The position numbers and the translations under genes are program-made. DNA of 63,812 nucleotides, counting the filler, from Octopus bimaculoides (Eukaryota), in assembly GCF_001194135.2 (NCBI RefSeq). It is 6 parts of 5 records of this genome, joined end to end, with 100 filler letters (N's around TTAATTAATTAA, not from the genome) between each part and the next. Parts side by side here need not be neighbours in the genome. Positions count along the whole stretch, not along the records: positions 24,362 to 46,952 come from NC_068993.1; 5 more parts are not named here. One strand, written 5' to 3'. Positions 24,306-36,475 of this stretch are shown here, piece after piece; within the stretch, counting starts at the first letter, position 1, and every line of letters begins with the position of its first letter. The notes under the pieces are model-generated. The model was not told where the DNA came from and did not search any database. It saw only the letters and a program-made list of their open reading frames with translations.

Positions 24306-24317
24306 TTAATTAATTAA
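24306..24317. other. Assembly spacer TTAATTAATTAA inside a 100-bp gap (artefact); also at 46997, 58471, 60341, 62298
   Basis: Each occurrence is exactly 44 N + TTAATTAATTAA + 44 N; the 12-mer has stops in all six frames. Confidence 0.97.
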
Positions 24318-24423
24318 NNNNNNNNNNNNNNNNNNNNNNNNNNNNNNNNNNNNNNNNNNNNAAAAACTCTACATTTGTATTTTTTCCCCTCTGTGTTGAG
24401 CCCTGTGTGGCTAATAAAGAAAC

Positions 24424-24470
<47 letters not shown>

Positions 24471-24639
24471 ACTATCTATCTATCTCTCTCTCTCTCTCTC
24501 TCTGTGTCTGTCTGTCTGCCAGCCTGTTTGTCTATTTGTCTGCCTGTCTGTCTGTTTGACTGCCTGTCTAAGTATCTATCTATTTATCTATCTGCCTACC
24601 TACCTACCTACCTACCTACCTGCCTGCCTACCTACCTAC

Positions 24640-24688
<49 letters not shown>

Positions 24689-25062
24689 GATCTAGTTATC
24701 TTTCTATCTATCTGTCTCCCTGTCTGTCTATATCTATATCTATATCCATAGATATATATGTATGCACTCACAAATTAGAAATTATTTATATATCCCTTGA
24801 AGGGATGTTTGCATCCTTGTTCTCCCGTCTATACCAGTGTTCAGGGAAAACTAAAGTATTTAGTTTTGCATTGGTGTATATTGGTATTTAAAATATTTAT
24901 GAATGAGAAACAGAAAATGGAGAACTTGACGTATAGACATCAGTTTATTTAAGGATATTCAAATCAATACCCGTGTTTGTGTGTTTTTATGTATGTGTGT
25001 GTGTTTGTATATATATATATGTGTGTGTGNNNNNNNNNNTTTTATGTATGTGTGTGTGTTTG

Positions 25063-25119
<57 letters not shown>

Positions 25120-25305
25120 TCATTTGTTTCAGTCTTCATTTGCGTATGTGTGCTTGTCTGTTCATATAACCTGTGTACCTATCCGTCTGTATGTTGATCT
25201 GTTTACTTTCATATCCATATGTTTACATACATGTGCATATACATATACACACACACACACATATACCCACCCACACACACATGCATACATCTATCTACGT
25301 ATATA

Positions 25306-25470
25306 TATGGGAAACTTTACGAAAAAAACAACAGACGAAAACAGGTGGTGTAAACAAATGGATGTATTTGTTTCACGCTCGGGAATAGAGAAAGTCTTTA
25401 ACGTTTCGAGCTACGCTCTTCAACTGAAAGGAACACAGAAAGAAATAAGGAGAAAAACAAGGAGACAAAA
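25306..25470 (-). mobile_element. Penelope-like terminal repeat (pLTR) fragment with hammerhead-like motif
   Basis: Reverse-complement homologue of 42415-42578; lies downstream of the GIY-YIG fragment on the same strand. Confidence 0.65.
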
Positions 25471-25639
25471 AAATATAAATGTATATATATGTATACACAC
25501 ATACACACACACATACATACATCTATCTACATAACAGCCCACTAACTATTCTACTCTACCTGTATAAACTGGGGGTATGATATCCACTATGTATATTTCC
25601 TATTTAGTATTGAGGAAGTTTCATTTATGAGGACGTACT

Positions 25640-26245
25640 CCGTATTTGTCTGAGTGCTGGGTCCTTTAGGTGCTTGGATAAGATGTGGATGTCAAGTTGA
25701 CCATGTTGGTCCTTGGCATGTTGGTAGTGTATGGAGGACTGTTTTTGTCGTCATATTGGCTCAAATGTTCATTTAGACGTTCCGCAATGCTCCTAGCTGT
25801 CTCCCCTATGTATGTCATATTCATGTCTTTACAAGCACCTTCTTTGCATATTATGCTGTAAATTACATTTCTAGTTCTACAGGTAATGCCAGGGATAATC
25901 CTACATGCCATGCAGTCATCATTGGTGCATATGGTATTCTCAAAGGGCTACATCCTACATAGTTGTGATCTGACGGAGTTCCCTGGCTTTTCAGCAATCT
26001 TAATGTTGAGTTTGGTCTGCTTCAGAGCTTTCCTAAATCTACGGGCTAGTTCTCCATGGGCTGTGGCTTCTACAAATATCACTACTTGACATTTGTCGGT
26101 TTTATACCACGTGTTCGCCCTGTTTGCTTTGTCACAAGTTCTTTGTATCCTATTCCAGTCTTTGTTTCTATATGTAGGGCAGACACCACTGGTATCATAA
26201 CGTATAATATTATCTAATTTGTTTTTAGCACCCCTGTATACCGGT
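25640..26245 (-). mobile_element. Penelope-like element, RT C-terminus and GIY-YIG endonuclease fragment
   Basis: TYRNKDWNRIQR..NTWYK..VIFVEATAHGELARRF..IKIAEKPGNSV; CRTRNVIYSIICK..MTYIGETARSIAERLNEH. Confidence 0.85.
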
Positions 26246-26331
26246 GAATGTGTTAAATTATAAGGCATCAACACGAACTCACATAAAGAATCTTGCAAAC
26301 CAAATCCCAAAACAAAATTATTATTATTATT

Positions 26332-26432
26332 TTATGTTTGACTTTTGTTTTGCATTTGTACAAGTTGGATCCAAGTCTCACCCAGAGACCTCAAGAGACA
26401 ACGAGTTAGAAGTTCATGTAGGTGTTCATGTA
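26332..26432 (-). mobile_element. 3' terminus of R4/Dong LINE with (AAT)n tail
   Basis: Reverse complement of 27590-27682. Confidence 0.85.
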
Positions 26433-26536
26433 GGTGAATGTGTTAAATTATAAGGCATCAAAAAAGAATGACTCTCCCCATACACAATATTATTATCATT
26501 ATTATTATTATTATAGTTGTTGTTATTATTATTAGT

Positions 26537-26600
<64 letters not shown>

Positions 26601-26959
26601 GCTACTACTTGTAATAATAGCAGTAGCAGCAGCAACTGCAGCAGTGAAAGTAGTAGTTGTTGCTATATATTTGTTAAAGATTGTTTCATACTAGCGAGAA
26701 GTCGAACAACTTATATGTATGCTATGAAAATAAAAATCAACAATAACAACGATAAACATCATTATCATAATAAAATCGGCAATTATTATCATCCTATTTG
26801 CTGTAATTAACGACAGCTGTTTTTTCCCCCTTGATCACTGTCTGATAACAATTTAAAAACGCACGTTATAACGTGTTTCAGAAATTCGTTTTCTGCTACC
26901 TGGTTCTAGGTTTGATCCTTCTACACAGTTTTATGGCAAGTATTTCTGACTGTACCCTC

Positions 26960-27108
26960 GGGAATAATGATAGACTTTTAAGTAGCACTCAAAGAGGTCT
27001 CGGAAGGCAAAGTCGACCTAGGCAGAAATCGAAATCAGAACCTAAGGACGGATGAAATGCCGCTAAGCATTTTGCCCAGCGTGCTAACGATTCTGCGGGC
27101 TCACCACC

Positions 27109-27110
<2 letters not shown>
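26960..27110 (-). mobile_element. SINE-B, preceded on its own strand by (ATT)n
   Basis: Plus-strand aaagtcgacctaggcag...gctaagcattttgcccagcgtgctaacgattctgcgggctcaccacct then (AAT)n. Confidence 0.8.
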
Positions 27111-27174
<64 letters not shown>

Positions 27175-27269
27175 GTTCTTGCTGTGACTTGACAGACAGT
27201 ACAAATCCCCGGTGGACACAATGTCTTCGATCAACCACATCATGATATAGGATACTGTACGACATCTTA

Positions 27270-27319
<50 letters not shown>

Positions 27320-27320
<1 letters not shown>

Positions 27321-27682
27321 CCTGAAGACTAAAACAATACCTATTGTCATAGGTGCCCTGGGAATGACAGCGAAACAGGCTGATTACTACCTAGCTCAGA
27401 TAGCAGGAAACCCCAAAATGGCTGAAGTTCAAAAGATAGTGCTCATGGGAACTGCCCATATCCTACGTAAAATACTGTCTATGTGATCTCAAATTTTAAA
27501 ACAAACACATAATTTTCTTATGGTTTCTTAAACATTCTCTAGAACAACACTATGTACAAATCCAAATATATGGTACCCTAGGCATAACACCTACATGAAC
27601 TTCTAACTTGTTGTCTCTTGAGGTCTCTGGGCGAGACTTGGATCCAACTTGTACAAATGCAAGGCAAAAGTCAAACATAAAA
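27320..27682 (+). mobile_element. R4/Dong-clade LINE 3' fragment embedded in (AAT)n
   Basis: LKTKTIPIVIGALG..VQKIVLMGTAHILRKILS* then 3' UTR; (AAT)n on both sides. Confidence 0.88.
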
Positions 27683-27702
27683 TAATAATTATAATAATAA
27701 TA

Positions 27703-27797
<95 letters not shown>

Positions 27798-27798
27798 C

Positions 27799-29110
27799 GT
27801 TTCTTTATTGGCCACAAGGGCCGTGCACAAACAAATAGGGACAATACGAACCTGGGGACACGTGGGGTTAAACACAAAAATCGAGTAAGTAATACAATAA
27901 CAATGACAATTAACAGTACAATTGAACAATAAAATTCCCTAAAAGGGGCAAGATCTGACGAATGGAACACGATCCTTTCACAGAAAGCGGAAGAGCAAGT
28001 GCTCCACTTTGGTCAGCTATTAAGGAGGGGAAGGGACGACGATCAGGCGGTAGCAGATGACGGAAACGATGTATGCATTCGCCATCTCCGCCCGACCCTT
28101 GAGGGGCAGATTCCTCTCTGCCCATTTCTAGATGAGACTGGCTACCCTGCTTGTCACCTCCCTCCATTTATTATCTACCTGGAGGTCCGCACCAAACCAG
28201 ACCCCGAGCACTGGTCTTTCTGTCCATCTGTCGGTTGGCATGGACGTGCCTCTTCAGGTGCTAAGCTACAGGCCTACCGTCTTGCCCTAATTAAAGTGGA
28301 GCCGATTGTCTCTTAAAGTGGGGCCGATTACCTCGATTTCAGAGCTGTTTGACACTGTCATAGTGACGTCGTCCGCATAAGCGACACGAACTTTCCGTAG
28401 GATGCCCCTTGAAATACCCAACTTCCTCAGTAATGGCTCGAGAGCCAGCATGTATAGAAAAGGAGAGAGTGGGCACCCTGGACGGACCGAGTGGGCGTTG
28501 CTAAACGATTCCGAAAGATGTCTGATTACTTTGACCAGCAAACAGATGCCGCTGTACATTGCAGCGAGGTCGACCCTGTCGAAAGCCTTTCATTGATCCA
28601 AATTGATCAGCGCCCCATGCATGCCAGGTTCCTTCCCTACCCTCTCTATGATGTAGCGCGTGAGTATTTCACTGAATTGGAGGGAATTCAGCTTCGTAGT
28701 TTGTGATGTCGCTAAAGATGTTCGTATTACTTTTGAAGTGTCTGCAATTTCATGTGCAAGAATTTGAACCTGCTGTGTGTTCGCATTCCCTTCTATTTGT
28801 GGGTTGCAGGTGGAGAGCACTGCGGAGGGAGTTTTGTACCTCTCTATCTGAAACACGTCTCACCTCCTCTTCTATGTTCTTCAACAAGGCTGATTTCGCC
28901 ATATTTGTTTTCTTCTTAAATTAATTTTGAAACAATTATTTTGATATTATAGACCCCAAGTCGGGTACAAGCAACACAAAGCGACCCGCCTATGCAAAGA
29001 TGGTGCTTTAGAAAAACGCTTAGTAACAAAGCAAAGAATTAAACACTTTTGAAAACAAGATTTTAGAGGAAAAACTTACGAGCGGACAAACACGGGCATC
29101 CCGCCAGGAC
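27799..29110 (-). mobile_element. Internally deleted L1/Tx1-clade LINE retaining both termini, embedded in (ATT)n
   Basis: T-rich leader, MAKSALLKNIEEEV start, jump to GALINLDQ*KAFDRVD, SVRPGCPLSP, YADD, LGVWFG, GRAEMANAYI, then 3' UTR cccttgtggccaataaagaaac+(ATT)n. Confidence 0.85.
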
Positions 29111-29191
<81 letters not shown>

Positions 29192-29244
29192 CAACAACAA
29201 TCCTTTCTAGCGAAGGCAGAAGGCCTGAAGTTTTGGTGGGAGGG

Positions 29245-29612
29245 GACATGACCTTGCAGGTGGAACCTAGTTAGTATTTCCTTCAAGTGGAGTAGACCAT
29301 CTTGCTCAAAAGGTCTCTGAATAAGTGTTGCTTAGGGATGTGAAATAAACACCCATGTTTCCAGAGGTGAATTATTCAAACAGCAAAGTATCCCACTTAA
29401 CGCATAGCTATTTTATGCACATATCGCTAGCCACTAAGGGACATGCTCATCTGGATAAGGTCAGCCAACTGACAAGCAAGTCTGTGGTATTGAGCAAAAT
29501 ATTTCCTGATGCAAATATTGTTTTACTCTGTGTAAAAAACATGTAGTTCTTAACACTTCAAATCAGTTAAGATCAGAAGCCATAGAGCCAGAAACTGGTA
29601 CTGCATCAGGAT
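29245..29612 (-). mobile_element. Repeat homologous to the 3' UTR-like segment of the Dong element at 31746 and to 34900-35155
   Basis: Shared gcttctgatcttaactgatt and gaccttttgagc..gatgg.ctactc.ac.tgaag blocks. Confidence 0.7.
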
Positions 29613-29613
29613 A

Positions 29614-29673
<60 letters not shown>

Positions 29674-30222
29674 CATTATTGTTATTACTGTTGCTATTCT
29701 TTTCCTTGCTTTTCTTGTTCACGGTGAATTTTAAATATAAATTGAATGTTTAATTCAATGAACGCTATTTTTATGCATATATGAAAATGCCCGTCTCTGA
29801 TGAGGTACAAAGATTATATNNNNNNNNNNNNNNNNNNNNNNNNNNNNNNNNNNNNNNNNNNNNNNNNNNNNNNNNNNNNNNNNNNNNNNNNNNNNNNNNN
29901 NNNNNNNNNNTATATATATATATATATATTTGTATATATGTATGTATGTAAGTAATACACATGCATATTTCATGCATGTGCGTGTGTGTTCACAAGTATA
30001 TATGAGTATATAGGTGGATGTGGAGGCGTCTATGTTTAAGTTAACCGGTTAGTCATGTTGTATTGTTGTATGCCGAAGCGTAATTTCATCATTCGATACT
30101 TAGTGATCGTTAAAGTAATAAAATGACTGAACTGTGTACTAGGATCGATATGATCTCCTAAAGCACAAAGAATTCAGGGTCCCAACGCCCCAGCTCCGCA
30201 GCTCGATGATTAAGGCCATGAA

Positions 30223-30278
<56 letters not shown>

Positions 30279-30281
30279 TAA

Positions 30282-32030
30282 CAGTGAGTCAGAGTTAACA
30301 CCAAACTGGATGCCGGAAGGACAAACGACCCTAATTCCCCAAAACAAAGACACTGTACACCTAAAAATTACAGACCAATAACATACCTATCAACATCCTA
30401 CAAAATCCTAACATCATCTACAACCGGCTTATAAAGCACTTTAAAAACAACAATATTTTGCAAAAAGAACAAAAGAGTGCCGGAGAGGGATGTATGGCTG
30501 TAAGAAGAAACTTCTGGTAAACTCAGTAACTATAGAGGACTGCAAGAGAAGAAAGGCAAACCTGAACATGGCTGAGATTAATTACTAGAAAGCATTCGAC
30601 ATTCGAAAGTGTTCCACACTCATAGATACTGGAATTTCTCCACGCAAATAAGGTAGCCACACAAGTGCTAAAGTATATGAAATATACAATGGCAAACTGG
30701 AAAACTAGTATAACATTAGAAAATGACTCACAAGTTATTAAAACCTACCCTATTCCCATAAGAATGAGGATTTTCCAGGGAAACCCACTGTCACTCCTGC
30801 TTTTCTGCCTTTCTCTGACCCCACTAACAAACTTATTAAATAACACCACCATGGGTTATAGGTGCTATGGACAAGAAAATACACGGATGACCTAAACCTT
30901 TTCGCTAAAAGCAGCATGGAACAGAGAAGCCTTATCAAAATTGTCCAGAGTTTCAGCCATGACATCGGAATGAGTATAGGGCTGAACAAATGTGCCGAGG
31001 TCACACTAAGAAGAGGCAAATCATTCAGCACTGAAAACACTGCACTTGACATAGACCCAGGTATTAAAGAATTAGACCACAACCGCCCATACAAATATCT
31101 AGGAATAAACGAAACAGCTAAAATACAACACAAAGAAATTAACACTAACCCTAATCCTAAAAAAAATTAGGAAAGAGTATTACAGAAGAGTTAGACTAAT
31201 ATTAAACACTGAATTCAATGCTAAAAAAAGATAGTAGGGATAAACACGCTAGCCAAACCAGTCATAAATTACAATTGCCACATAATAAACTTGAAGATCA
31301 GTGAATTGAAAAACCTAGATAGAAAAACCAGAAAACTACTAACAGCGTACTGAAGTCACCACCCCAATGCAGACGCAGACAGAATATATATACCCCGCTC
31401 AGAAGGAGGCCTTGGCCTGATTCAGATTGAGAAGTATTATAAAACAAAAAAAAAATCAGTTCGACTACCAAAGTAGTTACAAACAGAGAGTGGAAGACTA
31501 CTACATGTGGTAAAACGCTTTTCTATATACACAAGTAGATGACAAAATACAAAGCAGAAACAAACTACACTGACGCACTGACCTCAGATGACAACCTAGC
31601 AGAAATGGTCAAAGAGACAGATAAAAAAAAAAAATGAAAACTGAATTACAAAAGATAATGAAGAAGAAATGGAGAGAAAAATTACTTCATGGCAATACCC
31701 TGCAAGATATGACAGGAGAAGTGGGTCTAAGTAGAAGCCAACAATCGGACCTTTTCAGTGGGATGGGCTACTCGACATGAAGAAAATTCTAACTTGGCGC
31801 CACCTGTAAGATCATGCGCTGTTTCTCTAGATATGAGATCACTATGTCGCGTACATATGGTTGTGATGCATGACCCTGGTGTACCCTTATCAGACAGGTA
31901 GTAATGATGGTTATACTGGGCTTTGTATATTTTACCCCAGTGTCACTTTTATGGCATGCATTGCTCACTCACTCGATACTACTACTACTACTACTACTAC
32001 TAATAATAATAATAATAATAATAATAACAA
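30282..32030 (+). mobile_element. R4/Dong-clade LINE, RT region and 3' UTR-like segment, 5'-truncated and internally deleted
   Basis: NYRPITYL, IFQGNPLSLLLFC, DDLNLFAKS, FSHDIGMSIGLNKCA, PYKYLGI; starts after (AAT)n and ends in (TAC)n(AAT)n. Confidence 0.88.
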
Positions 32031-32039
32031 TTTTCAAGT

Positions 32040-33100
32040 CGTGTTGTTTTCATTTCCAAAACGATCGCTGCGAGAATCCATCACAGGTTTACCTCTGGTG
32101 GTATCCCACCGACATCAATGCGCACCATCCTCTTTATGGAGCACATATGTTTCACTCCGACAGGGAACTATGGAGTGCTTGGTGGCCAGAGCTTCAGATT
32201 TTAAGAGCACTAAAATACCCGAAAACTTATTTCTCTTGATATATGCAGAATGTCAGGCATTATTTCTTTCAGTGACATTTCCACATCCACCTTGCTCGCC
32301 ATCTCTGGCCGCTTCGTGCTTACGGAGACGCTTGTGTACAACACAGTTTTCTTTTTTGTTTCGAGTGGGATGGCAATACTGGCTTGCACCTTTACAGTCT
32401 TATTAATTTAGCTGCCCCAACTAGACACGTCATTCTGAAGCAGGTTCATACAAAAAGTTCCTTACTTCTCGCTGTTTTCGCAGCGAATGTATTCTGGTTG
32501 ATATTGTCATTTATTACGATGCTACTCGTTGTAGTGGTGGCGGTGGTGGAGTTGGTTGTGAACGAGAAACTATGATGATGTGCTGTTTTTTGTTTATTTG
32601 TTGTAGTGTGATGGTGACGAAGCGTCTGTGATCTGCTGCTTTGAGATATCTTTTGTGTTGGAGTATTCTATTGAAATAGAGGGGATTCAGCTTCGTAGTT
32701 TGTGATGTCGCTAAAGTGGATGGCATTATTATTTTTTGGCGTCTCAGCAATTTCGTGTGCTAGAATTTGAACCTGCTGTGTGCTTGCCTTCCGTTCTATT
32801 TGTGGATAGTAGGCGGAGGGTACTACTGCATCTTGCACCTCTCTATCTCACCTCCTTTTCTATGTTCTTCAACAAGGCTGGTTTCGGCATTTCTTTTTCA
32901 TTTTAAATTTATTTTTTAACAATTATTTTGAGATTACAGGTCCCAAAGGGGGCACTAACAATACAAAGCAACCCACCTACGCAAACTTGGTGCTTTGGAT
33001 CAACGTTTAGTAACAAAGTAAGCAATTAGCAACGTTTGAAAACAAAACTGTGGAGCAAAAGTTTATAAGCGATTAAACACGTGCATTCCGTCAAGGAATT
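32040..33100 (-). mobile_element. L1/Tx1-clade 5' UTR and degenerate ORF1 (family A)
   Basis: 32680-33100 is homologous to 28680-29110; downstream peptides NTFAAKTARSKEL, LKEIMPDILHISR, VRIDVGGIPPEV. Confidence 0.7.
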
Positions 33101-33540
33101 TTATTAATAGGCACAAAGACTGAGATTTGGGGGAGGAGATGAATCGATTACATCGACCCCAATGTTTCACTAATACTTAATTTATCGACCCAGGAAGGAT
33201 GAAAGGCAAAGTTGACCTCGGCGGAATCTGAACTCGAAACGTAGCGACGAACGAAATCCCGCTAAGCATTTTGTCCGGCGTGCTAACGATTCTACCAGCT
33301 CACCACCTTTACTTAATAATAATAATCCTTTCTACTGGAAATACAAGGCCTCAAAGTTTGGGAAAGGAATTAAGTCGATTACATCGGCCCTCAGTGTTTC
33401 AGTGGTACATAATTTATCGACCCCGAAAGGATGAATGGCAAGGTCGAATTCGGCGGAATTTGAACTCAGAAGGCAGCGACGGGCGAAATGCCGCAAAGCA
33501 TTTCGTCTAGCACGCTAACAATTCTGCCAGCTTGCCGCCT
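33100..33540 (-). mobile_element. Two head-to-tail SINE-B copies
   Basis: Copies at about 33100-33310 and 33320-33540 separated by aataataat. Confidence 0.88.
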
Positions 33541-33610
<70 letters not shown>

Positions 33611-33611
33611 G

Positions 33612-34435
33612 TTGCTGTTGTTGTTCTTGTTGTTTTTGTCGACTCATGGGATGTGGTTTCTTTCGTTTGGACATTCCTTTCTGCCCTTCTGTTCTGTTTC
33701 TGTGGGCAGAAAAACCGTAAGTGGCCTGGTGAACCACAAACATGGTACCTCAGCCATCTGCCCTCCACGTTTCCTTTTAGTTCTACTCCATTCGAGAGGG
33801 AAATCAGGCCTTGGATTTTCTCTAACTGTCCTGGCTTCACGGGAAGAAGAACCTCCAGGGTAGTCCCAACCCAATTCTCCCTCCTCGATTTTTTAACATC
33901 CAGGAGATTCTCTCCCCCGTCCGTACAAATACAGGCGAGAATCCACTATAAAGCCAAGCCAAGCCTAAAAGGGACCTCTACTCCGCCGTACTGCCTCGCT
34001 CTCGCAATGTGGTAGATATCTTGCCATATGTCTTTCAGAGCTTTTTCAACCTGGCCGCGTTTAACATTTTTGAGTTTCCTTGTCTTTGTTCACGAACCTG
34101 TAGACAACTGCCCGTTTGGTTGTTGCTTCAAGCACGTCGCTTGAAGGCGTCAATTCTGCCCTCCTTCCATTAATGTTTATATATTTTGCTGTCTTGTTTA
34201 GTTTTTCTATTTTGTTCTCCAAAGAGATATCAACCAATTCTTTAGCTGCCGTGATATTTGCAAAAGTCTCTTTTCCGCCGCTAACTTCACTTATGTCAGA
34301 CTCTTCGTAACAACAGTTGCTTTCAATGTTGTTCTTCGTGCTACTACAATTTCCATGTAGCGAGGAAGACTTTACTCCATCCTTCTCGCCTTCTTTCTGC
34401 TTTTCATTTTCTTTCTTCTTTTTTTTTGACCATTC

Positions 34436-34466
<31 letters not shown>

Positions 34467-34790
34467 CTTCTTCTTCTTCTTCTTCTTCTTCTTCTTCTTC
34501 TTCTTCTACTGTCTACTGCCAATCATGGTGGGGAGGACGGGAAAGTCCGTCCTTCCTCACCTGCGCTTTTCGTCACCATCTTCAATGTTTTATTTCTTTG
34601 AATTGAATTTTCGAAGAAATCTGAAAACAAAAAGGTTTGTATCACCGCCAGAATGTGGCTCTTATTAACAAACGTCAGCCCACCAGAATGGCAGCTGACT
34701 TTAAACAATAAAATACAGTAGAGAACCTTTTAAACAAGTGAATTAGTTATAACCTTACAACGCTCCAAAAACATACCCGCAGCTATGATG
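33612..34790 (-). mobile_element. L1/Tx1-clade 5' UTR and degenerate ORF1 with zinc knuckle (family B)
   Basis: KETFANITAAKEL, TTKRAVVYRF, LKDIWQDIYHIAR, YHVCGSPGHLRFFC (CCHC with the first C mutated); (GAA)n expansion at 34435-34505 inside the ORF. Confidence 0.72.
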
Positions 34791-34840
<50 letters not shown>

Positions 34841-34846
34841 AACAAC

Positions 34847-34889
<43 letters not shown>

Positions 34890-34899
34890 GTATGACCTG

Positions 34900-35155
34900 A
34901 TGCAATATCAGACGGTAGCTCTCATGGCTTCTGATCTTAACTGATTGGAAGTGTATATATTTTGTCTTGATGTGGAAAAAATATTTGCTACAGCAACTAT
35001 TTGCTTGTCACTTGCTTGACCTTAACCAGTTGAACATGTTCCTTAGTGAACGATGATATATGCAGCTCTGCTCATGAGCAGGAGTAGTGAGGAATTCTTT
35101 GGGGTTTTAATAGTTCACCTCTGGAAACAATAATTTCATTCACCATCCTTAAACG
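34900..35155 (+). mobile_element. Second copy of the Dong-associated UTR-like repeat, following (AAC)n(AAT)n
   Basis: cctgatgcaatatcagacggtagctctcatggcttctgatcttaactgattggaagtg matches 29612-29560 on the minus strand. Confidence 0.7.
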
Positions 35156-35159
35156 AACT

Positions 35160-35945
35160 TCGAGCACTGGACGAAAGCGTCCAGAAGAGATTCGTCACCC
35201 TGAGTGCTTCTCATGCAAGCCCGACTGGCGGCACTTCCATGCATTAGAGTTCATCCCGAACCATTAGAACTACCAGGTCAATGATTTCTGGAAATTATCC
35301 ATTGACACTGGCCCAAAGTCCTGCGGAGCAGATCAGCCAGTTGATTCTCTTCGATGCCCAGCGTCTCCCCGAGAACGCCGTCACACTAACCCGCTACTAA
35401 CCCTCTATACAACGCCAAAGTGTAAATTGCACCGACCGCTCTGCCCGATTGATACAGGACTGCGAGCGTTTGGTTCAGTCAAAGCGACGAGTTGCAGAAG
35501 AGCTAGTCTGACAAATAGAAATCTACCCACTCGCCGTTAAGAAAGCGCCGGATAAGTAGTAGCCGCAGCGCATATCTACGCATCAGCAGCCACGGCACTA
35601 CCAGCCTTCCATTCACGGGTGCTGACAAAGATGGAAACCCCTGATCTGTCCATTCCACACAAACCGGAAGAATATGCGCTCTGGTTTTGTCAGACGCAAA
35701 ACGAGAAAAGCCCCGTCGGTCAGGCAGTAATATATGACCGAGGCGGTGTACGCATTCGCAAGTTCTAGCCTTTCAGAAATAGATTTGTCTCGACCCATTT
35801 CTTGGTGAGATTGTCTGCTCGTCACCTCGTCCCAGTTCTTCTCAAACTGGAGATCCGGACCAAACCAGACCCCTAGACATTTGACCGGTCTCTCCGTCCA
35901 ACATCGCACAACGTTCTTGAACGGCATGGACCTGCCTCTTCAGGC
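35160..35945 (-). mobile_element. L1/Tx1-clade ORF2 3' fragment
   Basis: CLGVWFGPDLQFEKNWDEVTSR, ANAYTASVIYYCL; homologous to 3560-4400. Confidence 0.85.
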
Positions 35946-36040
35946 GCCAAGACTTTTCTTGGTTAATATTTGCTTTCGTCATCGCTTCGTATTCTCTTAG
36001 TATTAACCATGTCTATATGCCTGGTTTTTGACACTATGAA

Positions 36041-36109
<69 letters not shown>

Positions 36110-36475
36110 GTGGTCGATTCTCTGGGAGTTCCCCGTACATACCGACAAAACTATAAAAGCTAATAAACCGGATATTATTATAAAAGAGCAGACAAAGAAG
36201 ATGTGTTTATTAATTGACATGAGTATTCCTTGCGATCATAATATAGCGGTGAAAGAATATGACAAGATCAGTAAATATAAAGACTTGCTAATAGAAATTG
36301 AAAAAAATGTGGCATCTGAAGGCGACTACTGTACCAGTGATTGTAGGATTTCTAGGAATGATAAAAATAGATACTGAAACCTATTTGAAAATGATACCAG
36401 GCTTACCATCCCTACAGGAAGTGCAAAAAATCGTGTTAACTGGAACGACTCATGTGCTGTGAAAACAACATCCAT
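36110..36475 (+). mobile_element. R4/Dong-clade RLE endonuclease fragment after (AAT)n
   Basis: ILWEFPVHTDKTIKANKPDIIIK..LIDMSIP..KEYDKISKYKDL..VPVIVG (PD..D..K motif). Confidence 0.9.
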
